Under the pieces are notes generated by a model that worked only from the letters and a program-made list of their open reading frames with translations, ran no database searches and was not told where the DNA came from. A program made the translations under genes and the position numbers. A DNA stretch of 64,000 nt from Candidatus Kerfeldbacteria bacterium. Its GTDB lineage: Bacteria > Patescibacteriota > Patescibacteriia > UBA9570 > XYC2-FULL-38-9. Shown here in pieces: positions 1 to 9,958 of this stretch. Within the stretch, counting starts at the first letter, position 1; each line of letters begins with the position of its first letter. Location of the stretch: positions 64,053-128,052 of the forward strand of contig JACPGJ010000007.1 of assembly GCA_016182555.1 (NCBI GenBank), written 5' to 3'.

Positions 1-345
1 GAAGAAGAACGTGTCATTGTTGGCAAAGGCACAGAAGCGCCTGGCACCGGCGAATACGATAATTTTTTTGTGGAGGGTACGTATATTTGCCGAAGATGTG
101 ATGCACCGCTGTATACCTCTGATGCGAAATTTCATTCTGGTTGCGGTTGGCCCAGTTTTGACCAAGAAATTCCCGGTGCGGTGAAACGCACCGTGGATGC
201 CGATGGTTCGCGTACAGAAATTACCTGCGCGAATTGCGGTGGTCATTTGGGCCATCTGTTTGAAGGCGAACAATTCACCAAAAAAAATACGCGCCACTGC
301 GTAAATTCGCTTTCCATGCGCTTTATCGCGGCTGATAAAAAATGA
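1..345 (+). CDS. msrB: Peptide-methionine (R)-S-oxide reductase MsrB (5'-truncated by the window)
   Basis: Frame open from base 1 ([19 protein letters not shown]); Cxx[18 protein letters not shown] and RHCVNS motifs. Confidence 0.95.
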   Translation, partial: EEERVIVGKGTEAPGTGEYDNFFVEGTYICRRCDAPLYTSDAKFHSGCGWPSFDQEIPGAVKRTVDADGSRTEITCANCGGHLGHLFEGEQFTKKNTRHCVNSLSMRFIAADKK

Positions 346-405
346 GCACCAAAAAATAGAACGATGTTCACGCTATACTATCTATACGCTTACCGAATTT
401 TCCGC

Positions 406-1143
406 CTATTGGGAAGTCGGAAGAGTAGGTAATAACGCAGGGGCATCAGGAGTTTTGATTAACTGAAAAGATAATCGATCATCCGCTATTCGACAATGCA
501 CTGTTTCCATTAGCGTGTTAAACCAAGGGGCTAACAGATCTTGCCGCGTTCGCCCATTTCGATGTATATACAGCGGTGCTTGAGAAAGAATCATGCCATT
601 TTCTGGTGAAAGCATATTCCACATCTGTTGAACAAGATAATAATATAAATCCATATCATCTTTGGGTAATGTATATATCCCACCTATCGGTCGACAGAAA
701 ATAAAATCTAATCCTCGTTTTTTTGTTGATCTTGCTACCCACCCTTCTATCTGACGCCAGGTACTTTTATACACCACATTATCCGTAATCATATCAATAT
801 CTTTCTCCATATCAATCTGTTTTTTCTCACTAGATCGACGGTCAACTAATGTCACCGCTAAACCTGCATCAATATCTACTTCACGTAATACTTGCCCCTC
901 TCCCATAAGATCAAGCGCCACCACGGTATCTGTTTTTTCTCTTTTCTCACGAATAAGATCATCGAGTGATCTTCCATCTAATAATTTCTCAAATGTTTGA
1001 GTATACGAAAATTTCCCTTCACCATAAATCCCCCATTTCCCTTTCTCAGATTTTTCTGCCGTGATAACAGCACGAATATCACGTCGATGTTGAAGTAATT
1101 TACGAAACAACTGATTGTCTCTTTTATTCATAAATATGATCAA
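406..1143 (-). CDS. Hypothetical protein, possibly a degenerate SAM-methyltransferase-like fold
   Basis: 245-aa ORF; VVALDLMGEG weakly resembles methyltransferase motif I. Confidence 0.5.
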   Translation of the reverse strand: MIIFMNKRDNQLFRKLLQHRRDIRAVITAEKSEKGKWGIYGEGKFSYTQTFEKLLDGRSLDDLIREKREKTDTVVALDLMGEGQVLREVDIDAGLAVTLVDRRSSEKKQIDMEKDIDMITDNVVYKSTWRQIEGWVARSTKKRGLDFIFCRPIGGIYTLPKDDMDLYYYLVQQMWNMLSPENGMILSQAPLYIHRNGRTRQDLLAPWFNTLMETVHCRIADDRLSFQLIKTPDAPALLPTLPTSQ

Positions 1144-1193
1144 AACAAAGATAATCTATTGTTAGTATATACTATTCTCAAACAAATGCATCT

Positions 1194-1222
1194 TTGACAA
1201 CGATGAGCTTTAAATTTATACT
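1194..1222 (+). promoter_or_regulatory. Sigma70-type promoter; likely leaderless transcript
   Basis: TTGACA-17 nt-TATACT, then 6 nt before the ATG at 1229. Confidence 0.7.
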
Positions 1223-1228
1223 GCACGC

Positions 1229-1702
1229 ATGAGCCCAATTTCACACCCCGAAAATCAACGCTTACAAGAAGATATTTCACCAAATGTCTACAAACAGGTG
1301 CGGCGCGTTATTCAAGCTACCGACATTATTATTTCATTCAGTATTTTTTTCACAATCCTTGCGTTAATTATTTTAATCGTCAGCGTTCTATTCAAAATTG
1401 TTCGCGAGTTGCCGCATGCCGACACGATTACGGTGATGCATGATGTCGCGCTGATTATTGTGTTAGTAAAAGCGTACCGTGTATTGCTCTTTTATTTTGA
1501 AAAACATCATATCAGCATTAAATACATCATCGAAATTTCAATTATCGCACCAGCGATTGAATTGATTTTTGCAATGAATACACACACCATTACGTATACG
1601 ATTGTTTTGGGTCTGTTCAGTTTAGGTAATTTGATTCTCTATCTGTTCTTCTACGAAAAATTATCTTCCATGGACACAAAGGAAGTATTGCGGGGAGAAT
1701 AA
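1229..1702 (+). CDS. PsiE-like 4-TM membrane protein
   Basis: Four hydrophobic segments; FYFEKHHISIKYIIEISII resembles the PsiE family pattern. Confidence 0.6.
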   Translation: MSPISHPENQRLQEDISPNVYKQVRRVIQATDIIISFSIFFTILALIILIVSVLFKIVRELPHADTITVMHDVALIIVLVKAYRVLLFYFEKHHISIKYIIEISIIAPAIELIFAMNTHTITYTIVLGLFSLGNLILYLFFYEKLSSMDTKEVLRGE

Positions 1703-1733
1703 ACAAACATGGCATGGGGATAAAAAATATCCC

Positions 1734-2627
1734 TTAAAAACTAACGACGGAAAAATTATTTTGTGAAATATATTCTGGTGTACAATCATATAGCACCGGC
1801 GCAAAGTTCTGGGTAATTTTTTCTGTACAAATGGTGCGACCTTCAATATTCATATCACGCCAAATTTCATTGTATCGGAAATAATTCTCTTGACGTTGAA
1901 TAAAATAATGATTTCGTTCATACAAATGAAATTTTTCAAGGATATGCACGGGCGATCGTAATTGGCCTTTCAAATGATTATCTGTCAGCCAAATTTTGAG
2001 CTGCAATGGATACGGCGATGTATTCTGAATGCGTAAATCTACAAAGTTATAGAGAATGGTTGCGCCACTGCCAAACGGTAATACTCGACCGGAATCAGGA
2101 AAAACATCCATGGAATGATGATACCGTTCCAGAACCGTAACCGGTGCATGCAAAAACAACCAATACAGTAAATTCGACAATTGGCATAATCCGCCACCCA
2201 TTCCTTCAATGACCCGTCCATTGGCAAGCAACATGCCATTCACAAAACCGCGTTTTTGCGAAGGCGCACCAATGGTGTTCCACAGTGAAAATATTTCTTG
2301 CGGTTGAATGACTAATCCATTCAACTGCGCAACGGCAACCTGCAGGTTCGTAATTTTTTGTTCTTGGAGACGACTATCGCTATTCCCCAATATTCTTCGT
2401 AATATGGATTGATGACGTGCGTACACATAGGCAAAATCGTCTACCTGTTTCGTGCGTGCAATTTTTTTATTCAATACATATTCAAGACGACGAATCGTTT
2501 GCCGTGTTTTGACAATGGGTAATTTGAGTACAGGAAAACGAGAAGACCAAGCTCGACGCAATGGTTGGTCGTATATATTCAGGTGTTGGGTAATTATTTG
2601 TTGTAAGTCAGAAGAAAGAGAATGCAT
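1734..2627 (-). CDS. VanW-family protein
   Basis: LNGLVIQPQEIFS, GMGGGLCQLS, ERYHHS and DLRIQN motifs. Confidence 0.85.
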   Translation of the reverse strand: MHSLSSDLQQIITQHLNIYDQPLRRAWSSRFPVLKLPIVKTRQTIRRLEYVLNKKIARTKQVDDFAYVYARHQSILRRILGNSDSRLQEQKITNLQVAVAQLNGLVIQPQEIFSLWNTIGAPSQKRGFVNGMLLANGRVIEGMGGGLCQLSNLLYWLFLHAPVTVLERYHHSMDVFPDSGRVLPFGSGATILYNFVDLRIQNTSPYPLQLKIWLTDNHLKGQLRSPVHILEKFHLYERNHYFIQRQENYFRYNEIWRDMNIEGRTICTEKITQNFAPVLYDCTPEYISQNNFSVVSF

Positions 2628-2841
2628 ATATTAAAAAATGATAGTGCAGCTATACACCAGATAATGCCCTTTTCAAGAAAATGTTACAAGAAATAGCTTT
2701 TCTCTACTGCAGCCTGAACAATGCATTACACTTGTCGTAATTTGAAAGTATTTTCATTTTGTGAGCGCTACGCTTTTTGGTAACACGCAGAAAACGACGA
2801 ACGACGAAAGTATCACCTCCTTTTACTGTTCGTCGCTCTTT

Positions 2842-3726
2842 TTAGGCCGCGTTGGCCTGTTCGGTTTCGGCAATGATTTTCCTAATTTGTCGCGCGGTGA
2901 AGCGCAGCACGGAGATCAACCGAAGCGAACAATGCCCGCACGACCCGGGAATAAGGGCTACCTCTTCATCCGGCGGAGCTGCCTGATGCTTCATCACCAA
3001 GCTGTCCCGCCAGAAGTAGAAGAACTTTATTTGCACTCCCTGCTTGCGCAGGAAACGAATGGCGGCCTGAGTGCGCCGCACTCCCCGGCTATAGGGCACC
3101 ATCTCCCACGCTGCCCGGAAAGCGCGGAAGTACGGCAGCCAGCCCAGTAGAGGAAACAGCGGTAACATGCTCAAAAACTGAACGAACCCGAGGTACGATC
3201 CTCGAATCGGGCTCGCCAGTGTGATGACGATAATGCGATCGGCCGGGTATCCGGCTTTCACGAGTTTCCTCGCGAGTGCGATGGCATTGAGCCCACCCCG
3301 GCTGTAACCCAAAAGGATGAGCGTGTACCCATCCTTCAAGAGCTGCTCAGCACGGGGCCAGTTCAGCGTAGTGGCCAAGCCGATGCGGGCGATGTTCCCG
3401 CAACCGGTCGGAGTCTCGAAGTGATAGAATGCGGCTTTCACCAGCCGCGCGAGGATGAGCGCCATCCGCTCAAAATCCTTGGCGCACTGGTTCCAACCGA
3501 TGCAGAAAAAAATGCCGAACTTACGCCCGGCCTTCTTCTGCTCATGGGGTTCCGGAAGCGCCGCTTTGTGCGTACGGCGATCCAAAACGTTTCCCAATTT
3601 TGCAGGCAAGTCATACTGAAGGGTCACCGGCAGGCAATAGGCCTGCCAGCCAATCACCCAAAACGGCCACAAAATCCACAGCAGCATTGCCCACATGGGG
3701 CACCTCCGCGGTTCGGGTTTATGCAA
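2842..3726 (-). CDS. Alpha/beta-hydrolase (lipase/esterase-like), GC-rich
   Basis: GYSRGG nucleophile elbow, ITLASPIRG, candidate Asp (RDSLV) and His (GHCS); N-terminal hydrophobic segment. Confidence 0.7.
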   Translation of the reverse strand: MHKPEPRRCPMWAMLLWILWPFWVIGWQAYCLPVTLQYDLPAKLGNVLDRRTHKAALPEPHEQKKAGRKFGIFFCIGWNQCAKDFERMALILARLVKAAFYHFETPTGCGNIARIGLATTLNWPRAEQLLKDGYTLILLGYSRGGLNAIALARKLVKAGYPADRIIVITLASPIRGSYLGFVQFLSMLPLFPLLGWLPYFRAFRAAWEMVPYSRGVRRTQAAIRFLRKQGVQIKFFYFWRDSLVMKHQAAPPDEEVALIPGSCGHCSLRLISVLRFTARQIRKIIAETEQANAA

Positions 3727-3830
3727 AACAGCTTATATTTTCAATTTACGTGGCCACAACATACGCCCGAGCAACTTTTCTGTCAACTCGGCTTGTCAAT
3801 AAAACCAAATTTGTTTAGTATGAACGCACG

Positions 3831-4484
3831 ATGTTTACAGGAATTATTCAAGCCTGCGTGCCAGTGGTGGAAGCCACAACACAACCGGGTTTAACCACCT
3901 TTGTATTGGAATTTCCCGAAAAACTTATCCAAAATCTTCACATTGGTGCGAGTATTGCCGTGGATGGTGTCTGTCTAACGGTCGTAAAAATCACCAACAA
4001 CCGTGTGTGGTTTGATGCCATGGATGAAACACGACAAAAAACAACCCTTGGCGAAATCACGCAAAACCGACGAGTGAATATTGAACGCTCGGCAACCATG
4101 GGCACAGAAATTGGCGGACATATTGTTTCTGGTCATGTCGCCGGAATTGCAGAAATTGTCCACGTGGATACACCGGAAAATAACCATATCGTCACCTTCC
4201 GCGTTCCACCAGCCTTCATGCCATATATTTTCCACAAAGGATTTATCGCCCTCGATGGCGCGAGCCTCACGATTGTAGATGTTGATAAAACCGCCGCTAC
4301 ATTTAGCGTATGGCTCATTCCAGAAACACTGCGTATGACGACTTTCGGTTTCAAACAGGCGAGCGACAAAGTCAATATCGAAATTGATTCACGCACACAA
4401 ATGATTGTCGATACCATTGAACGCGTTTTACAAGAACAACAACACAACCACTTATGCCAACCACAAAACGCATTGCCCTCGTGA
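3831..4484 (+). CDS. ribC: Riboflavin synthase (alpha chain)
   Basis: MFTGII start, SIAVDGVCLTV, GGHIVSGHV. Confidence 0.95.
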   Translation: MFTGIIQACVPVVEATTQPGLTTFVLEFPEKLIQNLHIGASIAVDGVCLTVVKITNNRVWFDAMDETRQKTTLGEITQNRRVNIERSATMGTEIGGHIVSGHVAGIAEIVHVDTPENNHIVTFRVPPAFMPYIFHKGFIALDGASLTIVDVDKTAATFSVWLIPETLRMTTFGFKQASDKVNIEIDSRTQMIVDTIERVLQEQQHNHLCQPQNALPS

Positions 4485-4864
4485 TGGGCAGTTTTCACAA
4501 ACCGCAAATAGAGGAAATGCTCGCAGAAGCACGCAATGCCGCAAGCGAGGTCGAAATGACTATTATAGAAGAAGTGTGGGTGCCTGGATCACTCGAAAAA
4601 CCCCTGGCCGTGAAACGTTTACTTCAACGTGACGACATTGATGGTGTTGCAGTGCTTGGTATTATTGAACGTGGAGAAACAAAACATGGCCTGGTCATGG
4701 GTCAAGCCGTAACACAAGCGCTGATTCAACTCCAATTAGAAAAAATGAAACCGATCGGTTGCGGAATACTGGGACCTGAAATTCTACCAGAACAAATTGC
4801 CATACGACTAAAACCGTATGCCAGAGCTGCAGTGTTTGCTGTGCAAGCAATGTTAAAACAGTAA
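4454..4864 (+). CDS. ribH: 6,7-dimethyl-8-ribityllumazine synthase
   Basis: VPGSLEKP, LGIIERGETKH, PIGCGIL motifs; overlaps the riboflavin synthase gene. Confidence 0.9.
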   Translation: MPTTKRIALVMGSFHKPQIEEMLAEARNAASEVEMTIIEEVWVPGSLEKPLAVKRLLQRDDIDGVAVLGIIERGETKHGLVMGQAVTQALIQLQLEKMKPIGCGILGPEILPEQIAIRLKPYARAAVFAVQAMLKQ

Positions 4865-4868
4865 TTGT

Positions 4869-5537
4869 ATGAATAACACAACATTCGCCGGAAATAAAAA
4901 AGTAGGAAAAAATATTTTAACGCACTTGGACAAATATCTCGTTCAACACTTCACACACCGAATTCCTTCCTATATTGAAACATATCACCTCACCATGCTC
5001 ACCCTGGTGTGGAGTGGCCTCATTATTATTTTTAGCTACTACGCACAATACAATATCCATTGGCTTTGGATCTGTTCTATGATGATTCTGTTACAATATC
5101 TAACTGATCTTTTTGATGGTGCGGTCGGCCGACAACGCAACACGGGTTTAATAAAATGGGGATATTACATGGATCATTATCTTGACTATGTCTTTCTCTG
5201 TTCTTTACTTATTGGATATGGGTTTATTGTTCCAGAAAATTTTTCATACATGTTCTTTTTTATTCTGGCGGTTTTTGGAGCATTTATGGTGAATTCCTAT
5301 CTCAGCTTTGCTGCGACCAATCAATTTCGTATCAGTTACTTTGGTATTGGACCAACGGAAATTCGTTTTGTGTTCATTATCATCAATACGCTAATCATTG
5401 TTTTTGGAAAAACGTATCTGGCTCAGGCATTGCCTTTCGCATTAACCATTGCTTGGGTGGGATTAAATATTGTGGTGTTCAAAACACAGAAAGAATTATG
5501 GATAATGGATATGAAACACAAAGAAAAACAAAACTAA
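4869..5537 (+). CDS. CDP-alcohol phosphatidyltransferase family protein
   Basis: DLFDGAVGR...GYYMDHYLD signature; multiple TM segments. Confidence 0.85.
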   Translation: MNNTTFAGNKKVGKNILTHLDKYLVQHFTHRIPSYIETYHLTMLTLVWSGLIIIFSYYAQYNIHWLWICSMMILLQYLTDLFDGAVGRQRNTGLIKWGYYMDHYLDYVFLCSLLIGYGFIVPENFSYMFFFILAVFGAFMVNSYLSFAATNQFRISYFGIGPTEIRFVFIIINTLIIVFGKTYLAQALPFALTIAWVGLNIVVFKTQKELWIMDMKHKEKQN

Positions 5538-6679
5538 TTTGCACACTGCCGTACTGCGTCGGCAACAACAAGAGCAACGTGTTTATCTAAGGCATCGGGA
5601 ATAATATGTTCGGCGCTTGGTGATTTCACGTATGCAGCCAAGGCGTATGCAGCAGCGAGCTTCATCTCTTCGGTAATCGAACGCGCGGCAATATCCAACG
5701 CTCCACGAAAAATGCCTGGAAAAGCTAACACATTATTTATTTGATTCGGAAAATCACTGCGACCAGTGGCGATAACCGCGGCACCACCGCGCTTTGCCAA
5801 ATCAGGCATAATTTCTGGTGTGGGGTTAGCCATAGCGAAAATAATGGGATCAGGGTGCATGGAACGAACCATCTCTTCTGTCACTACGTTTGGAGCGCTC
5901 ACACCAATAAAAACATCCGCACCGCGCAATGCATCGGGAAGCCCACCGTTGATATTTTCCGAATTTGTTTCTGAGGCCAATACCTGTTTTGCTGCATTCA
6001 AATCGCTGCGATCACGCGAAATAATTCCGCGACTATCTACCGCCACAATATGCTTGGCTCCACTCGCCTGCAACATGTGAATAATGGCGGTTCCAGCAGC
6101 ACCTGCGCCACTCAACACTATACGCACTTCCGCCATTGACTTCCCCGTCACTTTCAACGCATTCAATAAACCGGCAAGCACCACAATCGCGGTACCATGT
6201 TGGTCATCATGAAAGACCGGAATATCTAATTCGGTTTTTAACCGTTCCTCTATTTCAAAACACCGTGGCGCCGCTATATCTTCTAAGTTTATTCCTCCAA
6301 ATGACGGCGCAATGGTTTTTACCACACGAATAATTTCTTCCGTATCTTGTGTATTTAAACAGATTGGAAATGCATCTACATCGGCAAACACTTTAAACAA
6401 TACCGCCTTGCCTTCCATGACAGGCAACCCAGCGCTCGCACCAATATTCCCCAAACCCAATACCGCGGAACCATCCGTCACCACCGCTACCCAATTCCGC
6501 CGATTCGTGTAGGTCCAAACGGCTTCGGGGTTCGCGGCAATTTCGCGACACGGTTGCGCAACACCCGGAGTATATGCCAAAGACAAATCTTTACGGGTTT
6601 CCACCGGCGCTTTCACTTGCAGTGCGATTTTTCCACGCAATTTTTTATGATATTCCAGTGATTCTTGATAAATATCCAT
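5534..6679 (-). CDS. NAD(P)-dependent malic enzyme
   Basis: LSLAYTPGVA, PVMEGK, FHDDQHGTA, GAGAAG, NQINNVLAFPG; start placed at MDIYQ after a predicted promoter. Confidence 0.95.
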   Translation of the reverse strand: MDIYQESLEYHKKLRGKIALQVKAPVETRKDLSLAYTPGVAQPCREIAANPEAVWTYTNRRNWVAVVTDGSAVLGLGNIGASAGLPVMEGKAVLFKVFADVDAFPICLNTQDTEEIIRVVKTIAPSFGGINLEDIAAPRCFEIEERLKTELDIPVFHDDQHGTAIVVLAGLLNALKVTGKSMAEVRIVLSGAGAAGTAIIHMLQASGAKHIVAVDSRGIISRDRSDLNAAKQVLASETNSENINGGLPDALRGADVFIGVSAPNVVTEEMVRSMHPDPIIFAMANPTPEIMPDLAKRGGAAVIATGRSDFPNQINNVLAFPGIFRGALDIAARSITEEMKLAAAYALAAYVKSPSAEHIIPDALDKHVALVVADAVRQCAN

Positions 6680-6732
6680 GCTACACATCATACGCGCATT
6701 CTTGAACTTGCGCAACTCCGACGAAAAATAAA

Positions 6733-6765
6733 AAAGCGGACGACACAGAAAGGTACGTCCGCTTT
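6733..6765 (-). terminator. Intrinsic terminator of the 6786..8489 gene
   Basis: AAAGCGGACG...CGTCCGCTTT hairpin with a T-run on the minus strand. Confidence 0.7.
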
Positions 6766-6785
6766 CTCTTTGTATAATGGAATAA

Positions 6786-8489
6786 TTATTCTTCGCTACG
6801 AACCGTTACTTTCATTTTTTCACCAAGGATAATATTTTCAGACAATAACTGATCTGCTCCCTTACCATACGCTACACGACGACCAACTTGCACATTAAAT
6901 GATTTACCCGCTTTCAAACGACGGGCTTTTTTATATTTCAACACAACATTTTTACCTTTCCTGGCTTTCACCCGGTCAACCACTTTTCCATTAATGCGCA
7001 ATGTGAATACATCACCCACTTGTACTTGATCTTTTGGTACTTGTAATCGGAAAGTGCCACCTTGTGTGGTGTTTCCTTTCGCTACTCCTTGAGCATTTCG
7101 AATTGAACCAATGACACGATTTGTTGCAGAAACCACTGCACCAGCATCAGGGTCTATTGCTAAATCCGTTGCCGGATTGAGTAAAAATATTTCTGTCTGT
7201 TCAACTCCATTCTGCGTACCAAACAGCATCACTTGTTTATCTGTGCCATTGTCATCCACCTCACGATTCACCACCGAGACCACTTCCTGATTATTCACAT
7301 ACTCTGTTGACATAGAATCCACCATGGCTCCTACATTATCGTCTCCGTCAACATAGTAAATATGAACCCCTTCTGCATTATTGGAAGTATAAAACGTGAG
7401 ATAGTTCGTATCATCAATTTCCGAAGTGAGACCCATTTTATTGATAATAAAATCATTTTCCGGCAATTCAATAACCGTTTGCAAGTTATTGGAAACGTCG
7501 CCATCATCATCTTCAACATATTTAAAGAGTGAAGCTGACCCTTCATCAATAGCTGCATTTCCCACATAAACCGTATCATTATACACCTGAATCGCTGGTA
7601 AATTTTGATCTGAAGATGCAATGGTGGTGTAGGTATCACCATCAAAACTCATGACTTCTCCGGTTGTAAAGGCTAAATAGACTACACCATCTTGTTCACT
7701 GGAAGCTTCCAAGGGAACACCATCTTCTGGTTGATTCGCTGTATCCGTCACTTGTTCACAATTTTCATCGACGTCACATACGGTATAGCCACCATTAAAA
7801 AACATGTACAATGTATCACCAATGACCGCCGCAGTTGGATAATTACCAACGGTGCTCCCGCCCTGGTCATCACCAGGAACATCTTCCCCATCAGTATCAT
7901 TGCCAATTTCATCTTCTTGGTCACTTTCAGGATCTTCCGGATCGACAACCTCTGCTTCCACATCATCTTCAGTGACATGCACATACACCAACTCCACCGA
8001 ATCTTGACCCGTTAAACGAAAAATATGTGGCGTATCGGTTTCACCATCGCCTTGGCAAGCTGCCGCAAAATATACTTCATCATTAAATGTCACGACCGAA
8101 TGCCGTCCAACTTGACCACAATAATATTCATCAAGCGGATTCGTTTCCGAACGTTCCCATTGTGTACCAAGCGCATCGTTGGATACCCACCACTCAGAAA
8201 ATGCGTCACTATCATCAATAGCCATACCCGCATTGGCTGTCGCACGCATAGGATCATTGGTAGTAATGGCAATAAATCCATCTTCACCCGGGGCATAGGT
8301 CACCACAGATTCAAAATTAAATTGATCGACATCCTCATCACCGTCGTCATCAACGGCGGGTAGAGTGTCAACATAGTACAACGCACCGTACAATGAGTCA
8401 GCGGCATGAACCGTAGTCGTAAAAAACATGAATGCAAAAAACACTGCTGCAGGCAGAGCGAGCATTCTGTAATAGAAACGTTGAGTCAT
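6786..8489 (-). CDS. Secreted acidic beta-rich hypothetical protein with a basic C-terminal domain
   Basis: Signal peptide ending VHA; D/E-rich body; K/R-rich C-terminus; GAGGAGG RBS. Confidence 0.7.
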   Translation of the reverse strand: MTQRFYYRMLALPAAVFFAFMFFTTTVHAADSLYGALYYVDTLPAVDDDGDEDVDQFNFESVVTYAPGEDGFIAITTNDPMRATANAGMAIDDSDAFSEWWVSNDALGTQWERSETNPLDEYYCGQVGRHSVVTFNDEVYFAAACQGDGETDTPHIFRLTGQDSVELVYVHVTEDDVEAEVVDPEDPESDQEDEIGNDTDGEDVPGDDQGGSTVGNYPTAAVIGDTLYMFFNGGYTVCDVDENCEQVTDTANQPEDGVPLEASSEQDGVVYLAFTTGEVMSFDGDTYTTIASSDQNLPAIQVYNDTVYVGNAAIDEGSASLFKYVEDDDGDVSNNLQTVIELPENDFIINKMGLTSEIDDTNYLTFYTSNNAEGVHIYYVDGDDNVGAMVDSMSTEYVNNQEVVSVVNREVDDNGTDKQVMLFGTQNGVEQTEIFLLNPATDLAIDPDAGAVVSATNRVIGSIRNAQGVAKGNTTQGGTFRLQVPKDQVQVGDVFTLRINGKVVDRVKARKGKNVVLKYKKARRLKAGKSFNVQVGRRVAYGKGADQLLSENIILGEKMKVTVRSEE

Positions 8490-8593
8490 ATCCTCCTCAA
8501 TTAATAATAATTCTCTTCAATTATAAAAGATTCAAAAAATGTTGTAAAGGTGGCGGGGTTGTGGAAGTCAAGGTGAACATGCCGCCGCGTTGA

Positions 8594-9208
8594 TTATTGC
8601 CCTGGAACCACCAATATGTGCATTTCATACGGCGCCATTTCGTGCGCTGAAACGTGCCCCATCTTCATTTCAATCGGCATAATCGTGTTGTTTTCAAAAT
8701 CCACAACCGTATCCGGGGCAAGGTCAAAAAATGCGGTGAGCTGTTCAGGCTGCGACGAAGCACGAGTATCCGCATACTGCACCATACCATTTATCAAATA
8801 TGCGGTATTTTGTTCAAAATGCAAGAGAGACTCATGGTTTTGTAATACTGCTTCATCAACGAATAGGTGCGCTGCCTGATCTTCTTCAAGACGCGACGGT
8901 TGTGGTGGTATAATACGCACAATATGGACCGTGGCGAGAATTGGTTGAACAATATTTGTCTGTAAGGAATCGTTCGCATCGGCAACATGAGTAGGAAAAA
9001 TGATCCAAGCGAAAAACAACAGTGCGGTACTGGAAGCTCCAATAATAGAAAAATACTGAAATGGTTTCTTGAATACTTCAGCAATACGGCGAATGGTCAA
9101 TGGTACCGACGGAGTGGCTGCGGGGAACAACTCACGCGAGAGTTTTACTCGTAATTTTTGATTCACCACAATCTCCGCAATATCTTTTTTATAGTATGCT
9201 TTAAACAT
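8594..9208 (-). CDS. Single-TM protein, putative anti-sigma factor
   Basis: Directly downstream of an ECF sigma gene; short N-terminal domain, one TM segment, C-terminal domain. Confidence 0.5.
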   Translation of the reverse strand: MFKAYYKKDIAEIVVNQKLRVKLSRELFPAATPSVPLTIRRIAEVFKKPFQYFSIIGASSTALLFFAWIIFPTHVADANDSLQTNIVQPILATVHIVRIIPPQPSRLEEDQAAHLFVDEAVLQNHESLLHFEQNTAYLINGMVQYADTRASSQPEQLTAFFDLAPDTVVDFENNTIMPIEMKMGHVSAHEMAPYEMHILVVPGQ

Positions 9209-9216
9209 ATATTTGG

Positions 9217-9726
9217 TTATCCATACTGTTCTTCCATTTCCAAACGTATATCATTGTGCATGCGTGAAAAAAATTTCCGTACGGCATCTGGCTGTTTATT
9301 CATAAGGGTCGCAATTTCTGCATACGTTAACCCATCAATATAACGCAGAGCAAACATCGCTTTCATTTCTGGAGAAAGACGCTCCATCAATTGGTCAACA
9401 AGCAACCGATTATCAATCGTTTGTTCAATATGCGCTGTATCAGCCGCATCAATCAATAACAATGCTTCATTAAGTTCAATAGTAATGCGTTGTATTCGCC
9501 AATAATCAATAATCGCATAGCGCATAATACCCGTAATCCATTGGCGCAAATTTCCTTTTTCGGGAGTATATTGATGAAGTTGTTTGTAGGCTTTGAGAAA
9601 ACCTTCAGAAACAATATCTTCTGCTTCGTTATTGTTGGGAACGCGATACGCCACATACCGATACGCATAATCAAACAACGCCGGGTATTCGGCTTCAAAA
9701 ATAGTTTGTTTTTCTTGAAGGGTCAT
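9217..9726 (-). CDS. ECF RNA polymerase sigma factor
   Basis: AEDIVSEGFLKAY (region 2) and LRYIDGLTYAEIA (region 4). Confidence 0.9.
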   Translation of the reverse strand: MTLQEKQTIFEAEYPALFDYAYRYVAYRVPNNNEAEDIVSEGFLKAYKQLHQYTPEKGNLRQWITGIMRYAIIDYWRIQRITIELNEALLLIDAADTAHIEQTIDNRLLVDQLMERLSPEMKAMFALRYIDGLTYAEIATLMNKQPDAVRKFFSRMHNDIRLEMEEQYG

Positions 9727-9758
9727 GGAGTGAGAATACGACAAATGGAGTATTGTTG

Positions 9759-9843
9759 TACAGTGGAGGCATTTCGGCCATCTATCGAGGTATTTCTGGA
9801 GGATGAAAGAAACACCTCTATACTTGGCGAAATATCCTCTGTA
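9759..9843. repeat. Long imperfect inverted repeat upstream of the ECF sigma gene
   Basis: ATTTCGGCCATCTATCGAGGTATTTCT ... AGAAACACCTCTATACTTGGCGAAAT, closed by TACAG/CTGTA. Confidence 0.6.
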
Positions 9844-9958
9844 TTAAGACTACGTTTATTATGTAGAAAATGTGACTTTTGCATAAAAAACAAGCTGCTG
9901 CAGAGACCAAGGACGGAAACCACAGCAGCCCGTATCAGCGGTGCCTCAATGCCGCTAT

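Noticed and set aside
1734-2627. Vancomycin resistance locus
   Set aside because: VanW-family genes are widespread on their own, and no vanA/B, vanH, vanX or vanRS cluster is present.
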